From assembly GCA_905479115.1 (NCBI GenBank), contig CAJQLF010000006.1, positions 7,296 through 71,295 on the forward strand: a stretch of DNA of 64,000 nucleotides, given 5' to 3'. Of the stretch, positions 45,569 through 56,343 are shown one piece after another. This DNA comes from an uncultured Flavobacteriales bacterium. Its GTDB lineage: Bacteria; Bacteroidota; Bacteroidia; Flavobacteriales_D; Sanyastnellaceae. Below the pieces are notes generated by a model. That model made no database searches, was not told where the DNA came from, and saw nothing but the letters and a program-made list of their open reading frames with translations. The translations under genes and the position numbers were made by a program. Positions within the stretch are counted from its first letter, which is position 1; each line of letters starts with the position of its first letter.

Positions 45569-45602
45569 AACTCGTTGAACAAATTTATTTAATCTCTATA
45601 CC

Positions 45603-45872
45603 ATGAACAAAGCAGAATTGGTAGATGCTATGGCCGAAGGAGCCGGTATCTCAAAAGCAGACGCAAAGCGTGCATTGGACGCATTCGTTGACTCTACAGC
45701 AAGTGCATTGGGCAAAGGTGACCGTGTTTCCCTCGTAGGATTCGGATCATTCTCTGTCTCTCACCGAGCAGAGCGTCAAGGCCGAAACCCACAAACGGGC
45801 AAGGCAATCACCATCAAGGCAAAGAACGTAATCAAGTTCAAGGCCGGTGCTGAATTGAGCTCAAAGGTTTAA
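45603..45872 (+). CDS. hup: HU family DNA-binding protein
   Basis: MNKAELVDAMAE...GFGSFSVSHRAERQGRNPQTGKAITIKAKNVIKFKAG. Confidence 0.95.
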   Translation: MNKAELVDAMAEGAGISKADAKRALDAFVDSTASALGKGDRVSLVGFGSFSVSHRAERQGRNPQTGKAITIKAKNVIKFKAGAELSSKV

Positions 45873-45890
45873 TTCCAACCTTCTTTATTG

Positions 45891-45926
45891 AAAAGGCTCC
45901 GGGACGTGTTCTCGGAGCCTTTTTTA
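45891..45926 (+). terminator. Rho-independent terminator of hup
   Basis: AAAAGGCTCCG ... CGGAGCCTTTTTT, an 11-bp stem followed by a T-tract. Confidence 0.85.
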
Positions 45927-45936
45927 ATTTTACCCC

Positions 45937-46632
45937 ATGCAGGATGCTCGGTTAGAAGCGCTAGCTCCATTTTTGAGCGAAGAACGCAAGAAGAAATTTG
46001 ACGAGGCTATTGCTCAAAGAACTCGCCAACTATGCCTTGTTCTAGAGAATGTATACCAGAGCAGGAATGCGAGCGCGGTCATGCGCACATGCGATGGGCT
46101 CGGTGTACAAGATGTGCACCTCATAGAAGACATCAATCCTTGGGTCTACAACCGAGTCGTATCAAAGGGCACACCGTCATGGCTAACCATTCACCGATAT
46201 CAAGCTGCAGAACAACCGATATCAGCGTGCATTGATCGGCTGAAAAAATTGGGCTTCAAAATTGCGGTTACCTCACCACATGTCGATGGGTTTGAGCCTC
46301 ATGAACTCCCCACAGATCATCCAGTCGCCTTGGTGATGGGCACTGAATTCAAAGGCGTTTCGGATGAAATGATGGAGGCGGCAGATTATTGTGTTCACAT
46401 ACCCATGCTCGGCTTTAGTGAATCTCTTAACATCAGTGTGGCAGCTGGAGTCATCATGCATCGAATCCTCGAGAATATTCGGGAAAAGCCACGCTCCGAA
46501 TGGGAGATTCCCGAGGAAGAAGCCCATCAGTTGCGCATCAATTGGGCACTAAAATCTGTGCGAAAGTCAGCCAAATTATTAGCGCATCTTGGCATCCATC
46601 CAGAAACAGGCGAGGCGCTCGAAAATAAATAG
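45937..46632 (+). CDS. SpoU/TrmH family RNA 2'-O-methyltransferase
   Basis: SPOUT motifs VLENVYQSRNASAVMRTCDGLGV, ALVMGTEFKGVS and IPMLGFSESLNISVAAGVIM. Confidence 0.85.
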   Translation: MQDARLEALAPFLSEERKKKFDEAIAQRTRQLCLVLENVYQSRNASAVMRTCDGLGVQDVHLIEDINPWVYNRVVSKGTPSWLTIHRYQAAEQPISACIDRLKKLGFKIAVTSPHVDGFEPHELPTDHPVALVMGTEFKGVSDEMMEAADYCVHIPMLGFSESLNISVAAGVIMHRILENIREKPRSEWEIPEEEAHQLRINWALKSVRKSAKLLAHLGIHPETGEALENK

Positions 46633-46679
46633 CCGTTGCCCAAGTAAAAGCCTGTGATTTCCGTTGGATTTTTGCCGTC

Positions 46680-48026
46680 ATGAAAACGCAGGGATCACTT
46701 CAGTTGGGCTACCGTCACTTACTGCGGATGGCGGTCCCCATTTCCATGGGCACCTTGTTGCAATTCATCGTCCTACTCACGGACAACTTCTTTCTCGCGC
46801 GCTTGAGTGAAAATGCAATCAACGGTGCCGGAAATGCAGGATTGGTTTATCTCACGTTAGAAATGATTGTTGTGGGCAGCGGAGCAGCCTTGCAAATCGT
46901 TATTGCACGGCAGATTGGAGAAGGCCACCAAGAAAAGGCATACCGAACCTTTCGAAGCGGCTTGGCTTTGCATCTCCTTATGGGCGTTGGCTTAACATCC
47001 ATAGCCCTTGGCTTGAATTCAGGCATTTTACTCAACACCATTGCAGATCCAGGAATTCGTGATGTATTCCATACCTTCTTCACGATTCGGCTGTTGGGCT
47101 TTGTACCGTTTTCCATGCTGCTTGCCTTCAACGCTTTATACACTGGAACGACCCACACCTGGCCTATCCTCGTAGTAGGCGGGATCAGTGCCATCACCAA
47201 TGTTATTTTCGACGCCGCCTGGGTTGAAGGCATGTGGGGATTTGAGCCCATCGGGGCTGCTGGCGCGGCTTGGGCTTCCTTGTTGGCGGAAAGCGTTGGA
47301 TTTCTTGCGGCCCTTGCATTGACCCTTCGTATCCTTCCGAATGCCATCTCTCCCTGGACTTGGCTTCCGCAAGATGAACTCAAAGCGTGGTGGAAGCTCG
47401 CCTATCCCATGATGGGTCAATTTCTCCTGACGATTTCTACTTGGACGGCCTTTTTCTTTTTTGTGGAAAAAGTGGGCGGAATGGAGCTCAAGGTTTCGCA
47501 CCTCGCCCGCAATTTCTTCATGCTGGCCTTCATCGTCGCTCAAGGCATGCAGCAGACCACCAGAACCTACGTGAGCGGATTATTGGGAGAAGGACGCAAG
47601 CATGATCTCAAGCCCGTGCTGCAAAAAATAGTGCTCATCAATGTTTTGGGGATTGTTGTTCTTTGTCACGGCTACCTTTTTTATCCGGAGCTTCTTGTAG
47701 GCATTTTCTTCGAAGATGCGACCGGCCAATTCGCTATGGTCCAGACACTTTATGTTATTTTCTCAGCCGTTTGTATCTATTCCTTTACGGGCATCATGTT
47801 GGCGACTATCCAAGGAAGCGGTGCCACCAAAGCAGCATTTCGCATTGAACTATTCGCGGTTACTCTTTATATCATCGCGGCAGCTTCCATGACATTAATT
47901 TGGCCACAACCCGTATGGATCATTTGGCGAGTAGAATGGATCTATTTCAGCAGCATTGGACTCGGAAGTTGGTATTACCTTCGAAGTGGGCATTGGAAGT
48001 TGCCCGCACCCACTATGACAGCATAA
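46680..48026 (+). CDS. MATE family efflux transporter
   Basis: About 12 TM. The N-terminal YRHLLRMAVPISMGTLLQFIV pattern is typical of MATE/NorM-like proteins. Confidence 0.85.
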   Translation: MKTQGSLQLGYRHLLRMAVPISMGTLLQFIVLLTDNFFLARLSENAINGAGNAGLVYLTLEMIVVGSGAALQIVIARQIGEGHQEKAYRTFRSGLALHLLMGVGLTSIALGLNSGILLNTIADPGIRDVFHTFFTIRLLGFVPFSMLLAFNALYTGTTHTWPILVVGGISAITNVIFDAAWVEGMWGFEPIGAAGAAWASLLAESVGFLAALALTLRILPNAISPWTWLPQDELKAWWKLAYPMMGQFLLTISTWTAFFFFVEKVGGMELKVSHLARNFFMLAFIVAQGMQQTTRTYVSGLLGEGRKHDLKPVLQKIVLINVLGIVVLCHGYLFYPELLVGIFFEDATGQFAMVQTLYVIFSAVCIYSFTGIMLATIQGSGATKAAFRIELFAVTLYIIAAASMTLIWPQPVWIIWRVEWIYFSSIGLGSWYYLRSGHWKLPAPTMTA

Positions 48027-48033
48027 ATCCACG

Positions 48034-49017
48034 ATGTTCCCGACCCAACCTCTTCAACGTCCTCTTCGCGTGGTTTTTTTTGGAACCCCTGAATTTGCAG
48101 TGCGCTGCATGGAAGAAGTGTTGATGAGCCAGCACATTCTGGTCGGGGTGGTTACCGCACCCGACCGAAAGGCCGGCCGAGGGCAGCAACTGCAACAATC
48201 GGCGGTCAAATCCATTGCAATCAAAGCAGGATTACCTGTTTTGCAGCCCCTGAATTTGAAGGATGATGCATTCAATGATGCTCTTGCTCAATGGAATGCA
48301 GACCTCTTTCTTGTCGTAGCCTTTCGAATGCTGCCCGAACGAGTATGGAGCGCCCCACCCTTTGGCACCATCAATTTGCATGCATCTCTTCTGCCCCAAT
48401 TGCGCGGAGCGGCGCCCATCCAATGGGCCATTCGCTACGGATTCAAAACTACAGGCGTCACAACATTTTCCCTGCAACATCAGATTGATACCGGCGACAT
48501 CCTGAAGCAAGCATCTGTCCATCTAGACCCCGATGAAAATGGGTCAACGCTTCACGATAAATTGCTGGAACGAGGTAAAGTCTTGCTCGTAGAAACCCTT
48601 GAAGATTTGGCCAAAGGCGTCTTAAAATCGACCCCACAGTCCCAGCAAGATATAGATGGTCCTTCGCTCCATGCGCCGAAATTAAATCGGCAAAACACAC
48701 GAATCGAATGGTCTCAAGGAGTTGAAAATGTGAAGAATACGATTAACGGACTCTCACCGTTCCCAAAAGCCTGGACACCTACTCCGTTCGGAGACATTAA
48801 GCTTATCAAAGCCTCCATTCCGCAAACGCTCGTTCATTATGAGCACACCGTTGAACTTGGCCTCGCCGTCCCTCACCACAACCACCTCTGCATTTGGTGC
48901 GGTGATGGCTGGGTGCAGATCGATGAACTTACACCGCCAGGTAAACGATCCATGACGGGAGGAGAATGGCTCAATGGACTCAATGAACAAGCGGGCATTT
49001 GGGGTATAGACCCTTAA
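48034..49017 (+). CDS. fmt: Methionyl-tRNA formyltransferase
   Basis: [11 protein letters not shown] and [20 protein letters not shown]. Confidence 0.93.
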   Translation: MFPTQPLQRPLRVVFFGTPEFAVRCMEEVLMSQHILVGVVTAPDRKAGRGQQLQQSAVKSIAIKAGLPVLQPLNLKDDAFNDALAQWNADLFLVVAFRMLPERVWSAPPFGTINLHASLLPQLRGAAPIQWAIRYGFKTTGVTTFSLQHQIDTGDILKQASVHLDPDENGSTLHDKLLERGKVLLVETLEDLAKGVLKSTPQSQQDIDGPSLHAPKLNRQNTRIEWSQGVENVKNTINGLSPFPKAWTPTPFGDIKLIKASIPQTLVHYEHTVELGLAVPHHNHLCIWCGDGWVQIDELTPPGKRSMTGGEWLNGLNEQAGIWGIDP

Positions 49018-51056
49018 TTTCCGTAAGCCTCGAGTAAAATTTGAAGGATTTGACTAGCTGATTCCGTGATAGGTGTTCCAGGTCCGAAGACCCCCACCGC
49101 TCCCAAATCGTAGAGCACATCGTGGTCACGAGGGGGAATCACTCCCCCAACAACCACCAAAATATCACCGCGACTTCTGACTTTCAAGGCGCTAATCAAT
49201 GCTGGAACAAGCGCTTTATGCCCAGCAGCGAGCGTACTTACACCAATGACATGGACGTCATTGTCAACGGCCTGCTGCGCCACCTCATCCGGCGTTTGAA
49301 ACAAAGGACCTAAGTCTACGTCAAACCCCATATCCGCGAACGAAGAGGCTACCACTTTAGCTCCACGATCATGTCCGTCTTGTCCCATTTTAGCAATCAA
49401 AATTCGCGGTTGACGACCTGCCAAAGCATTAAATTGCCTCGTCAACCCAACGACTTCTTCGTATGCCTTTTGGCCTTCCATTGCGCGTGAAAAGATACCA
49501 CTCACTTTTTGGACAGTCGGTTGATAGCGCCCAAAAACAGCTTCCAAGGCTGCACTAATTTCACCCAATGTTGCTCTTGCACGGGCAGCCACCACACACT
49601 GCAAGAGCAAATTATCTTCCCCATTTGCTGCCATCTTAACCTGTTCGAGCGCTGAAGCAACAGCAAGCTGATCGCGTTGAGCCCGAACCGCCTCTAATTT
49701 TTTAACCTGGTTTGCGAGTACAGCCTCCTGATCAATTTCCAAAATATCGAGTTCAGACTCATCCTCAATTGGAAAGAGATTTACGCCGATGATGCGGTCG
49801 TCCCCTCGATCAATGCGCGCTTGTTTTTCAGCCGCCGCCGCCTCAATGCGCAATTTGGGAATTCCTTGTTCGATTGCACGGGCCATCCCACCGGCCTCTT
49901 CAATCTCGCTCATTAACTCTTCAGCTTCTGCGACCATTGTTTCGGTCAATTGCTCCATCATTCGCGATCCGTGCCACGGATCAATGGCATCTGTAAACCC
50001 CGCACTTTCCTGCAGAAATTTTTGAGTGTTTCGAGCAATGCGCGCCGAGGCTTCCGTCGGCAGGGCGATGGCTTCGTCCATGGAATTTGTGTGCAAGGAT
50101 TGCGTCCCACCAAAAGCCGCGGCCATGGCCTCCAGTGCCGTGCGAGCCACATTGTTCCAAGGATCTTGTGCCGTAAGCGACCAGCCGCTGGTCTGCGTAT
50201 GGGTTCGGAGCATCAATGATTTGGGATTTTGAGCACCCATTGCACTCATCCGACTCGCCCAGATCATTCGAGCCGCTCTCATTTTAGCAATTTCTTCAAA
50301 ATGTTGCATGCCACTGGCCCAGAAAAAGCTTAATCGTGGGGCAAATGCATCAATGTCCAATCCCGCGGCAACCCCAGTTTTTACATATTCTATCCCATCC
50401 GCCAGGGTATATGCCAACTCCAAAGCCGGCGTAGCACCAGCTTCTTGCATGTGGTATCCCGAAATTGATATTGAATTGAACTTGGGCATGCACTCGGAGC
50501 TGTAGCGGAAAATATCGGAGACAATCCGCATGGATGGTGCGGGTGGATAGATGTACGTATTCCGAACCATGAACTCCTTTAAAATATCATTCTGGATGGT
50601 TCCAGACAATGCGGACTGGGCGACACCTTGTTCTTCAGCTGCGACGATATAGAATGCCAAAATGGGCAGAACAGCGCCGTTCATCGTCATACTGACCGAC
50701 ATCTTATCCAAAGGGATTCCTTCAAACAACCGCTTCATGTCTTCTACCGTGTCAATCGCTACACCAGCCATTCCCACATCCCCTGATACCCGGGAGTGAT
50801 CGCTGTCGTATCCTCGGTGGGTGGCTAAGTCAAATGCAACGCTCAGTCCCTTTTGACCTGCAGCAAGATTGGCCCGATAAAATGCATTGGAAGCTTCTGC
50901 CGTGGAAAAGCCCGCGTATTGGCGGATGGTCCAAGGCCGGGCGGCATACATAGATGGGTAAGGACCTCCCAAAAACGGCGCTTGTCCGGGACCAAATCGT
51001 TCATGTTCCCTGGCCGAATTTTCAGCAGGAGGATAATGCGACGAGTTTCGGTTCAT
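49014..51056 (-). CDS. Methylmalonyl-CoA mutase, large (catalytic, B12-binding) subunit
   Basis: [22 protein letters not shown] and the C-terminal B12 motif [12 protein letters not shown]. The ATG at 51056 (MNRNSSHY) overlaps the upstream stop by 4 nt. Confidence 0.93.
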   Translation of the reverse strand: MNRNSSHYPPAENSAREHERFGPGQAPFLGGPYPSMYAARPWTIRQYAGFSTAEASNAFYRANLAAGQKGLSVAFDLATHRGYDSDHSRVSGDVGMAGVAIDTVEDMKRLFEGIPLDKMSVSMTMNGAVLPILAFYIVAAEEQGVAQSALSGTIQNDILKEFMVRNTYIYPPAPSMRIVSDIFRYSSECMPKFNSISISGYHMQEAGATPALELAYTLADGIEYVKTGVAAGLDIDAFAPRLSFFWASGMQHFEEIAKMRAARMIWASRMSAMGAQNPKSLMLRTHTQTSGWSLTAQDPWNNVARTALEAMAAAFGGTQSLHTNSMDEAIALPTEASARIARNTQKFLQESAGFTDAIDPWHGSRMMEQLTETMVAEAEELMSEIEEAGGMARAIEQGIPKLRIEAAAAEKQARIDRGDDRIIGVNLFPIEDESELDILEIDQEAVLANQVKKLEAVRAQRDQLAVASALEQVKMAANGEDNLLLQCVVAARARATLGEISAALEAVFGRYQPTVQKVSGIFSRAMEGQKAYEEVVGLTRQFNALAGRQPRILIAKMGQDGHDRGAKVVASSFADMGFDVDLGPLFQTPDEVAQQAVDNDVHVIGVSTLAAGHKALVPALISALKVRSRGDILVVVGGVIPPRDHDVLYDLGAVGVFGPGTPITESASQILQILLEAYGN

Positions 51057-52099
51057 GGGGCTGTTGCATTTGAACGTGAATAGGCAGCCCAAATGGCATC
51101 AACGATGGAATGAGTCCAGGCTTCAATGACCCGACTGCCTCCCATGGGGTCGAAGGTCGCATGCAAGTGAGATTCCTCTCGCATCAGGTGCTGGATGTTA
51201 CGAGCCCAGCGTAATCCGTCCTCAGAAGGAGATGCAGCAAGGAGATCATGGGGCAAAGTCTCGATGGAATCTGCTCCACCCATTGCCGCCGCATAGGTGG
51301 CAGAAGTCAACCCAACGAAGTGATCCGTTGGCTGGGATTCTATCATGAAATCCTCCGATGTTCGTGCATCAATCCAGATGGGAACAGAATCCAAGCTATT
51401 CTCTTCCAGCCACCGTTCCCAAACGAATCGTATGGCCCTTAAAAATGCTACCTCTTCCAAGGCATGAACGCCGGACTCCCACCTCCATTGAAAGGCGCTC
51501 CATTCTGCCGATGCATCCAGATCCAAGCTGCGGTATACGTCTCGCGCCCGATCAAGCTGGCGCAATGCATTTACCGCACGGTTTACCCGGTTGACATCCC
51601 TTCCTCCATCTACCGTCCATCGGCGTAACTCCTTTTGTTCAGCCCACAGCGTCAAATGCTCAGCAACATCAGCTGCTGTCATTGATTCACAGAACAGTCC
51701 ACACGTTCCCTTCCATGAGGCAGATTTCCAATGGGTCAATTCGAACGATTTGCGCTTTATTTCATTCGCATCCAATTCCAAACGAATCATATCCAGATGG
51801 ACGCCTTCGAGCCAGCTATCATTGGCCAAGCCTTTTGCAAAACGAAGTCCTTCCACTCCACCCTGCAAAGCAGGAATCACACTGCTTTTGCGAGATATGG
51901 TTTGGGTCAATATCCAAGGGTTACCTGCTGATCTGGGAGCAACACTCCGTTCAGGAAGTTCCTTTGACGCGCTATGTGGTGTCCAGAGCGGCTTCTTCCA
52001 TCCCTCTAAACCGTGCACAGCGTCCGCCGATTGAGGCACATCCTGCTCCCAAGCTTTTACATCAAAATCCGAAAAAAAAGACCAGCCCTTCGTCGTCAT
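51053..52099 (-). CDS. Methylmalonyl-CoA mutase small-subunit-like protein (short, 348 aa)
   Basis: Weak mutase-barrel-like similarity. It sits immediately upstream of, and translationally coupled to, the large subunit. No C-terminal Rossmann-like segment is present. Confidence 0.6.
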   Translation of the reverse strand: MTTKGWSFFSDFDVKAWEQDVPQSADAVHGLEGWKKPLWTPHSASKELPERSVAPRSAGNPWILTQTISRKSSVIPALQGGVEGLRFAKGLANDSWLEGVHLDMIRLELDANEIKRKSFELTHWKSASWKGTCGLFCESMTAADVAEHLTLWAEQKELRRWTVDGGRDVNRVNRAVNALRQLDRARDVYRSLDLDASAEWSAFQWRWESGVHALEEVAFLRAIRFVWERWLEENSLDSVPIWIDARTSEDFMIESQPTDHFVGLTSATYAAAMGGADSIETLPHDLLAASPSEDGLRWARNIQHLMREESHLHATFDPMGGSRVIEAWTHSIVDAIWAAYSRSNATAP

Positions 52100-52150
52100 A
52101 CTCCAAATTTACAAAACCTCCCCCCTCCCTTTTCCACTTACATTTGGTTC

Positions 52151-52492
52151 ATGGATTTTGTACTTACATGGGAAGAGTTTGAAAAAACCCACATGCGTGT
52201 TGGACGCGTGGTCGAGGTCAAGCCATTTCCCGAAGCGCGCAATCCCGCGTATATCATCCAGGTTGACTTTGGAGAGCACTATGGAATAAAGAAAACTTCG
52301 GCTCAGCTCACGCAACGGTATACCCCTGATGAATTGCTGGGCAAGCACATCATTGGAGTCGTCAACTTCGCCCCGAAACAAATTGGCCCCATCCAATCGG
52401 AATTTTTAATCCTGGGTGCGGTGAATGGTACCCTTGGTACCGCCGTTCTGGAAGTTCCTTCCGATGTTCCCATTGGGAGCCCTGTGGCATAA
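52151..52492 (+). CDS. tRNA-binding (CsaA/EMAP-type OB-fold) protein
   Basis: MRVGRVVEVKPFPEARNPAYIIQVDFGE..GIKKTSAQLT...LLGKHIIGVVNFAPKQIG. The ATG at 52151 was chosen. Confidence 0.85.
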   Translation: MDFVLTWEEFEKTHMRVGRVVEVKPFPEARNPAYIIQVDFGEHYGIKKTSAQLTQRYTPDELLGKHIIGVVNFAPKQIGPIQSEFLILGAVNGTLGTAVLEVPSDVPIGSPVA

Positions 52493-52545
52493 AGATTGGG
52501 CAGTGAACCCGCTTTTGTTTAGCTTCGAACTTCCAGGTGAAATCC

Positions 52546-53097
52546 ATGAAGAATTCAAATCTTAAGCGAAAGGCCATTTTTCTTGACCGGGATGGAGTAA
52601 TCAATCACGATCCAGGGGATTACACCCGCTCTCTTGCTGAATTCAACGTCTTGCCCACCGTCTACGAGGCCCTGAAAGCCCTGCAAGAAAGTGGCTATTT
52701 ACTCATCCTCATCACCAACCAAGGGGGCATCGCAAAAGGCCAATACACCCATCAAGCCGTCGATCAAATCCACGGCGCATTTCGACAGGAATGCCGATCA
52801 CGGGACATTGAAATTACCGATGTTTTTTACAGTCCTCATCACCCTGATTATGGCGAAAGCTTGAGCAGAAAGCCGGGTAGTCTGATGATTGAACGAGCCT
52901 GCGCTAAGCATCAGATTGATCCGTCCCTTTCTTGGATGGTTGGAGATAAACCGCGCGACATTGAAGCAGGAAATTCAGCCGGAGTTGCTGGAATATTGAT
53001 TCCAGTTAATGGTGACCTTCTACAGCTCGTTCCAGCGCTTGCCAAGGCTCCAAGTGGAGAGAACCAACAAATGCCACGGTCCAATGGAACGATTTAA
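52546..53097 (+). CDS. HAD-IIIA phosphatase, D,D-heptose 1,7-bisphosphate phosphatase (GmhB)-like
   Basis: AIFLDRDGVIN (DxDGT-type motif I), LILITNQGG, and MVGDKPRDIEAG. Confidence 0.8.
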   Translation: MKNSNLKRKAIFLDRDGVINHDPGDYTRSLAEFNVLPTVYEALKALQESGYLLILITNQGGIAKGQYTHQAVDQIHGAFRQECRSRDIEITDVFYSPHHPDYGESLSRKPGSLMIERACAKHQIDPSLSWMVGDKPRDIEAGNSAGVAGILIPVNGDLLQLVPALAKAPSGENQQMPRSNGTI

Positions 53098-53953
53098 ATG
53101 GACACCTGAACCCCGACCGAAATTCCTTGTTAACGGTCAAGTCACCGGAACAGCGGACCTCCCTCATGCCATACAGAATCGAGCCTTTCTGTACGGCGAC
53201 GGGTTCTTTGAATCCGTGCGTATCTGTTACGGAAAGCCGCAGTTGGTTCCCTTTCATTGGAACCGTATTCAATCCAGTTTGAGGGCTCACAAAATGGATG
53301 CCAGTGGTTGGAATCTCTTCCATTTTGAATTGGCCCTCCATGAATTATGCGATGCCAATGGCATCGATGAGGGTGGACGAATCAGGTTGACATTTTTTCG
53401 AGACGGAGGTGGGCGATACACGCCGAATACCGATAAACTTTGCTGGATTGGCGAGGCCGAAAAACTGCCCCACTGCGAATTTGTCTTGAATGAGCAAGGA
53501 CTTGCCGTGGATGTCTTCCCTGAGATGAAAAAGCTTCAAGATTCCTTGGCAAATTTCAAAAATATCAGCGCCTCTATTTATGTCCAAGCTGGACTCTGGG
53601 CGAAGGAACAAGCCCTGGAAGATGCCCTGTTGAAGAATACTGGAAATCACATCATTGAGTCAACCACATCCAACTTGTTTTTGGTGAGCAACGGTGTGCT
53701 GTATACACCCGGTTTAGACGGAGGACCTGTAGGAGGTGTAATGCGCGCTGCGATCATCAACTTGGCGTTGAAAGAAGGGTACAAAGTCTACGAATGCAAC
53801 ATCTCACCACAGGAGATGCTCCGTGCCGATGAATTGTTCTTAACCAATGCCATTCGCGGCATACAGTGGGTGGCTCGCTATCGATCCAAGCGATATTTCA
53901 ATGCTACCTCCAAGGAATTAATTGGCCTACTCAATGCAGGCATCACGCGTTAA
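53084..53953 (+). CDS. Class IV aminotransferase (PabC / branched-chain aminotransferase-like)
   Basis: FLYGDGFFESVR, NIIESTTSNLFLV, and LFLTNAIRGIQWV. The ATG at 53084 overlaps the previous gene by 14 nt. Confidence 0.8.
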   Translation: MERFKWTPEPRPKFLVNGQVTGTADLPHAIQNRAFLYGDGFFESVRICYGKPQLVPFHWNRIQSSLRAHKMDASGWNLFHFELALHELCDANGIDEGGRIRLTFFRDGGGRYTPNTDKLCWIGEAEKLPHCEFVLNEQGLAVDVFPEMKKLQDSLANFKNISASIYVQAGLWAKEQALEDALLKNTGNHIIESTTSNLFLVSNGVLYTPGLDGGPVGGVMRAAIINLALKEGYKVYECNISPQEMLRADELFLTNAIRGIQWVARYRSKRYFNATSKELIGLLNAGITR

Positions 53954-54932
53954 TTCGCGTGCGAGGATCCAACCAACCATAGAGCACATCAACCAATCCA
54001 TTGATGACCACAAAGGTCGTGGCTACAACGGTCACACATCCCAAAATGATGGGCAAGTCACTCTGTTCTAATGCACGAAACATCAGCAACCCCATTCCTT
54101 GCCAACCGAAAACGAATTCAACAAACACGGCGCCGGCGAGCATACTCGCAAACCATCCAGAAGCAGCCGTCAGCACGGGATTGAGTGAATTCCGCATGAC
54201 GTGTTTGACCATAAGTCTTCCCGTGCTCAAACCTTTGGACCGTGCGGTACGCACGTAAGACTGCTTCAGCACTTCAGAAGCGCTGTTGCGCGTGAGCTGA
54301 ATGACGACTGATAATGGCCGTACGCCCAATGTACAGGCTGGTAAAAGCAAATGCTGCCAAGCAACGCGCGGCCCCTCAAAGGGATGTACCTCCCACAACC
54401 CACCGGTCATCGGCAGCCCAGTCCATTGATGCCATACAGAGCCAAAAAGCCACGAGACTCCTATGGCCATTACGAAGGAAGGCGCGCTCATGCCAAGCGC
54501 TGCAAACCCTAGCACCAAGCGATCCAACCAAGACCCGGTAATCAGCGACAGCCCAAAGCCAATGGCCAGCCCCATGCAGAGTGCCATGGCCATGGCCAAG
54601 CACGCGAGTACCAGCGTGGCAGGAAGAGCACCTGCAATCGCTTCCATCACAGATCGGTCCGTGATAAACGAACGGCCAAGGTTTACGCCAGACCATTGCA
54701 GCTGTCCAGAATGCATCTCCATCGGGATGAAGCCGCGCAAAAATTGTCCATAACGCACATGTGCTGGTTGATCCAATCCGTATTTCACCCGAATGGCTTC
54801 AACAACGGCTTCTTGCTCATTCTGACCCGCCAATTGACGAGCAGGGTCAGGAACCAACGTAAACAAGAAGAAAACGACCGTTAACGTTCCCCACAAAACT
54901 CCTAGACCGTGGAGCAGGCGCCTGATCATCAA
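53943..54932 (-). CDS. ABC transporter permease (DppB/OppB-like), orphan
   Basis: N-terminus MIRRLLHGLGVLWGTLTVVFFL and the EAA-loop region SYVRTARSKGLS. No adjacent ATPase or binding-protein gene. Confidence 0.85.
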   Translation of the reverse strand: MMIRRLLHGLGVLWGTLTVVFFLFTLVPDPARQLAGQNEQEAVVEAIRVKYGLDQPAHVRYGQFLRGFIPMEMHSGQLQWSGVNLGRSFITDRSVMEAIAGALPATLVLACLAMAMALCMGLAIGFGLSLITGSWLDRLVLGFAALGMSAPSFVMAIGVSWLFGSVWHQWTGLPMTGGLWEVHPFEGPRVAWQHLLLPACTLGVRPLSVVIQLTRNSASEVLKQSYVRTARSKGLSTGRLMVKHVMRNSLNPVLTAASGWFASMLAGAVFVEFVFGWQGMGLLMFRALEQSDLPIILGCVTVVATTFVVINGLVDVLYGWLDPRTRINA

Positions 54933-56317
54933 CGGTTCAATAGTTCACTGGCTTCTGGCACATCCTTCCACGCCCACTTTTCCTGAACCACCCCTTCCCT
55001 AATCCATACCAGTCCTGGATTGGAGCGGACGATGATTTTCAATTCAGTCTGATCGCAGGTGAACATGGAATAGGTCACATCATTTTCGTCCTGAAATGCC
55101 TTGTTCTGATCGGCAGGCGCATTGGTCAGCCCCATGTTCATCCATCCTGCTGCAGATAGTTCCGTGGCTAGAGCATTCATCTCTTGCTGGTTCGCTGTCT
55201 CAGCCTCATCCAGATTCTTGGATACATACAACATGATGTTTCCCTTTGCATTTAGAAATTCATCCGTCCGATCTTCGCCCTTCTCATCTAAAATCTGAAA
55301 GTCCATGATGCGAGGCTCATAGCCATCTGACACTTTGACTTCCTTTCCATCAAACGATACCGTTTCATACGTGTTTTTAAACCAAGCCTCATTGTAAATC
55401 TTCAGCCATTCGGAACTCAACACAACGGTATCAGCACCTGTGTTCAAATTTCGGAAGGTATACTCCGTCGCATACACAGGTCCCGGAACACCTAAGTCCT
55501 CCGCCGTCTTTCGGTTTTCGATGATGCTCTCGCCGACAGCATAAGCTCGGTAATCCTTCAACGGAAGGTGATTCAGCGTATGAAATTGAAAGACCAAGCA
55601 AGCCGCTGTAACGGACAATGCCATTATCCATTCTTTGGCTGCTCCGCTCCATCGCATTTTTACCGCTTCCGCCACCGCATACGCTATAGCAGCGAAGAGT
55701 ACAGGGAAATTCCATTCCAACATCAATTCACCAAACAAGTAGATCATCATCAAACTCCCTGCAATCATGACCATCCCCAATTGCTTTGAATTCAATGCAA
55801 TCCGGTTCGTGAAGGCACCCCAAACGATTGGAATCGTCAAAACGGAGAGGACGATATCCTTCAAAAAACTCTCATAAGGAGTCAGCGGTATAGCATTGCC
55901 AAAGCACCCGCATGCGAGCACACACTGATTGTCTATTTCAACTAGACTGCCCACAGCATCCACAATCATTTTGGTTCCGAAGGGATCGCAATTCGCGGTG
56001 TACCATGTTAACCAGGTAAAGAAGGCCATGAGCACACCCGTAAACGAAGCCGTCAAACGCGGAAGTGCCCCGAGTACCATGGCGACACCAAGCAAAATTT
56101 CACCGACGCAAATGAAGACGGCCAAAGGCAACGCCCACTCTGTCAGCCCCGGCAAGTTCAATGCACCAGGCTCAAAGTACTCTTCCAATTTGTACATGAA
56201 CCCAAGGGCATCATTGGACTTGATGAGTCCGGAGACGATAAAAAGGGAACCAACGACCAATCGACAGGCGTGTACTATGGTATTCAAAATGGACGATTCT
56301 TTCATGGGTTGAAACAT
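54929..56317 (-). CDS. DoxX-like membrane domain fused to a C-terminal soluble domain (BT_3928-like family)
   Basis: RLVVGSLFIVSGLIKSNDALGF DoxX-type N-terminus, then several TM segments and a ~200-aa hydrophilic C-terminal half. The stop overlaps the permease start by 4 nt. Confidence 0.65.
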   Translation of the reverse strand: MFQPMKESSILNTIVHACRLVVGSLFIVSGLIKSNDALGFMYKLEEYFEPGALNLPGLTEWALPLAVFICVGEILLGVAMVLGALPRLTASFTGVLMAFFTWLTWYTANCDPFGTKMIVDAVGSLVEIDNQCVLACGCFGNAIPLTPYESFLKDIVLSVLTIPIVWGAFTNRIALNSKQLGMVMIAGSLMMIYLFGELMLEWNFPVLFAAIAYAVAEAVKMRWSGAAKEWIMALSVTAACLVFQFHTLNHLPLKDYRAYAVGESIIENRKTAEDLGVPGPVYATEYTFRNLNTGADTVVLSSEWLKIYNEAWFKNTYETVSFDGKEVKVSDGYEPRIMDFQILDEKGEDRTDEFLNAKGNIMLYVSKNLDEAETANQQEMNALATELSAAGWMNMGLTNAPADQNKAFQDENDVTYSMFTCDQTELKIIVRSNPGLVWIREGVVQEKWAWKDVPEASELLNR

Positions 56318-56343
56318 GTATCGAAAATAAACAACACGGCAAA

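Noticed and set aside
45067-45582. 171-aa minus-strand ORF
   Set aside because: It has basic, Gly/Pro-rich composition with no recognisable domain. It overlaps a more protein-like plus-strand membrane ORF and would run into the hup promoter region. It is kept only as an ambiguity in the findings.
46847-47383. Long antisense ORFs inside well-supported genes (46847-47383 in MATE, 26132-26698 in DPP-IV, 28701-29264 in POT, 59300-59965 and 60524-61162 in the propeller protein and DPP-III, 51591-52182 in mutA, 9180-9626 in the S1/P1-like gene)
   Set aside because: In each case the opposite strand encodes a full-length protein with diagnostic catalytic motifs. The antisense translations have no motifs and skewed composition.
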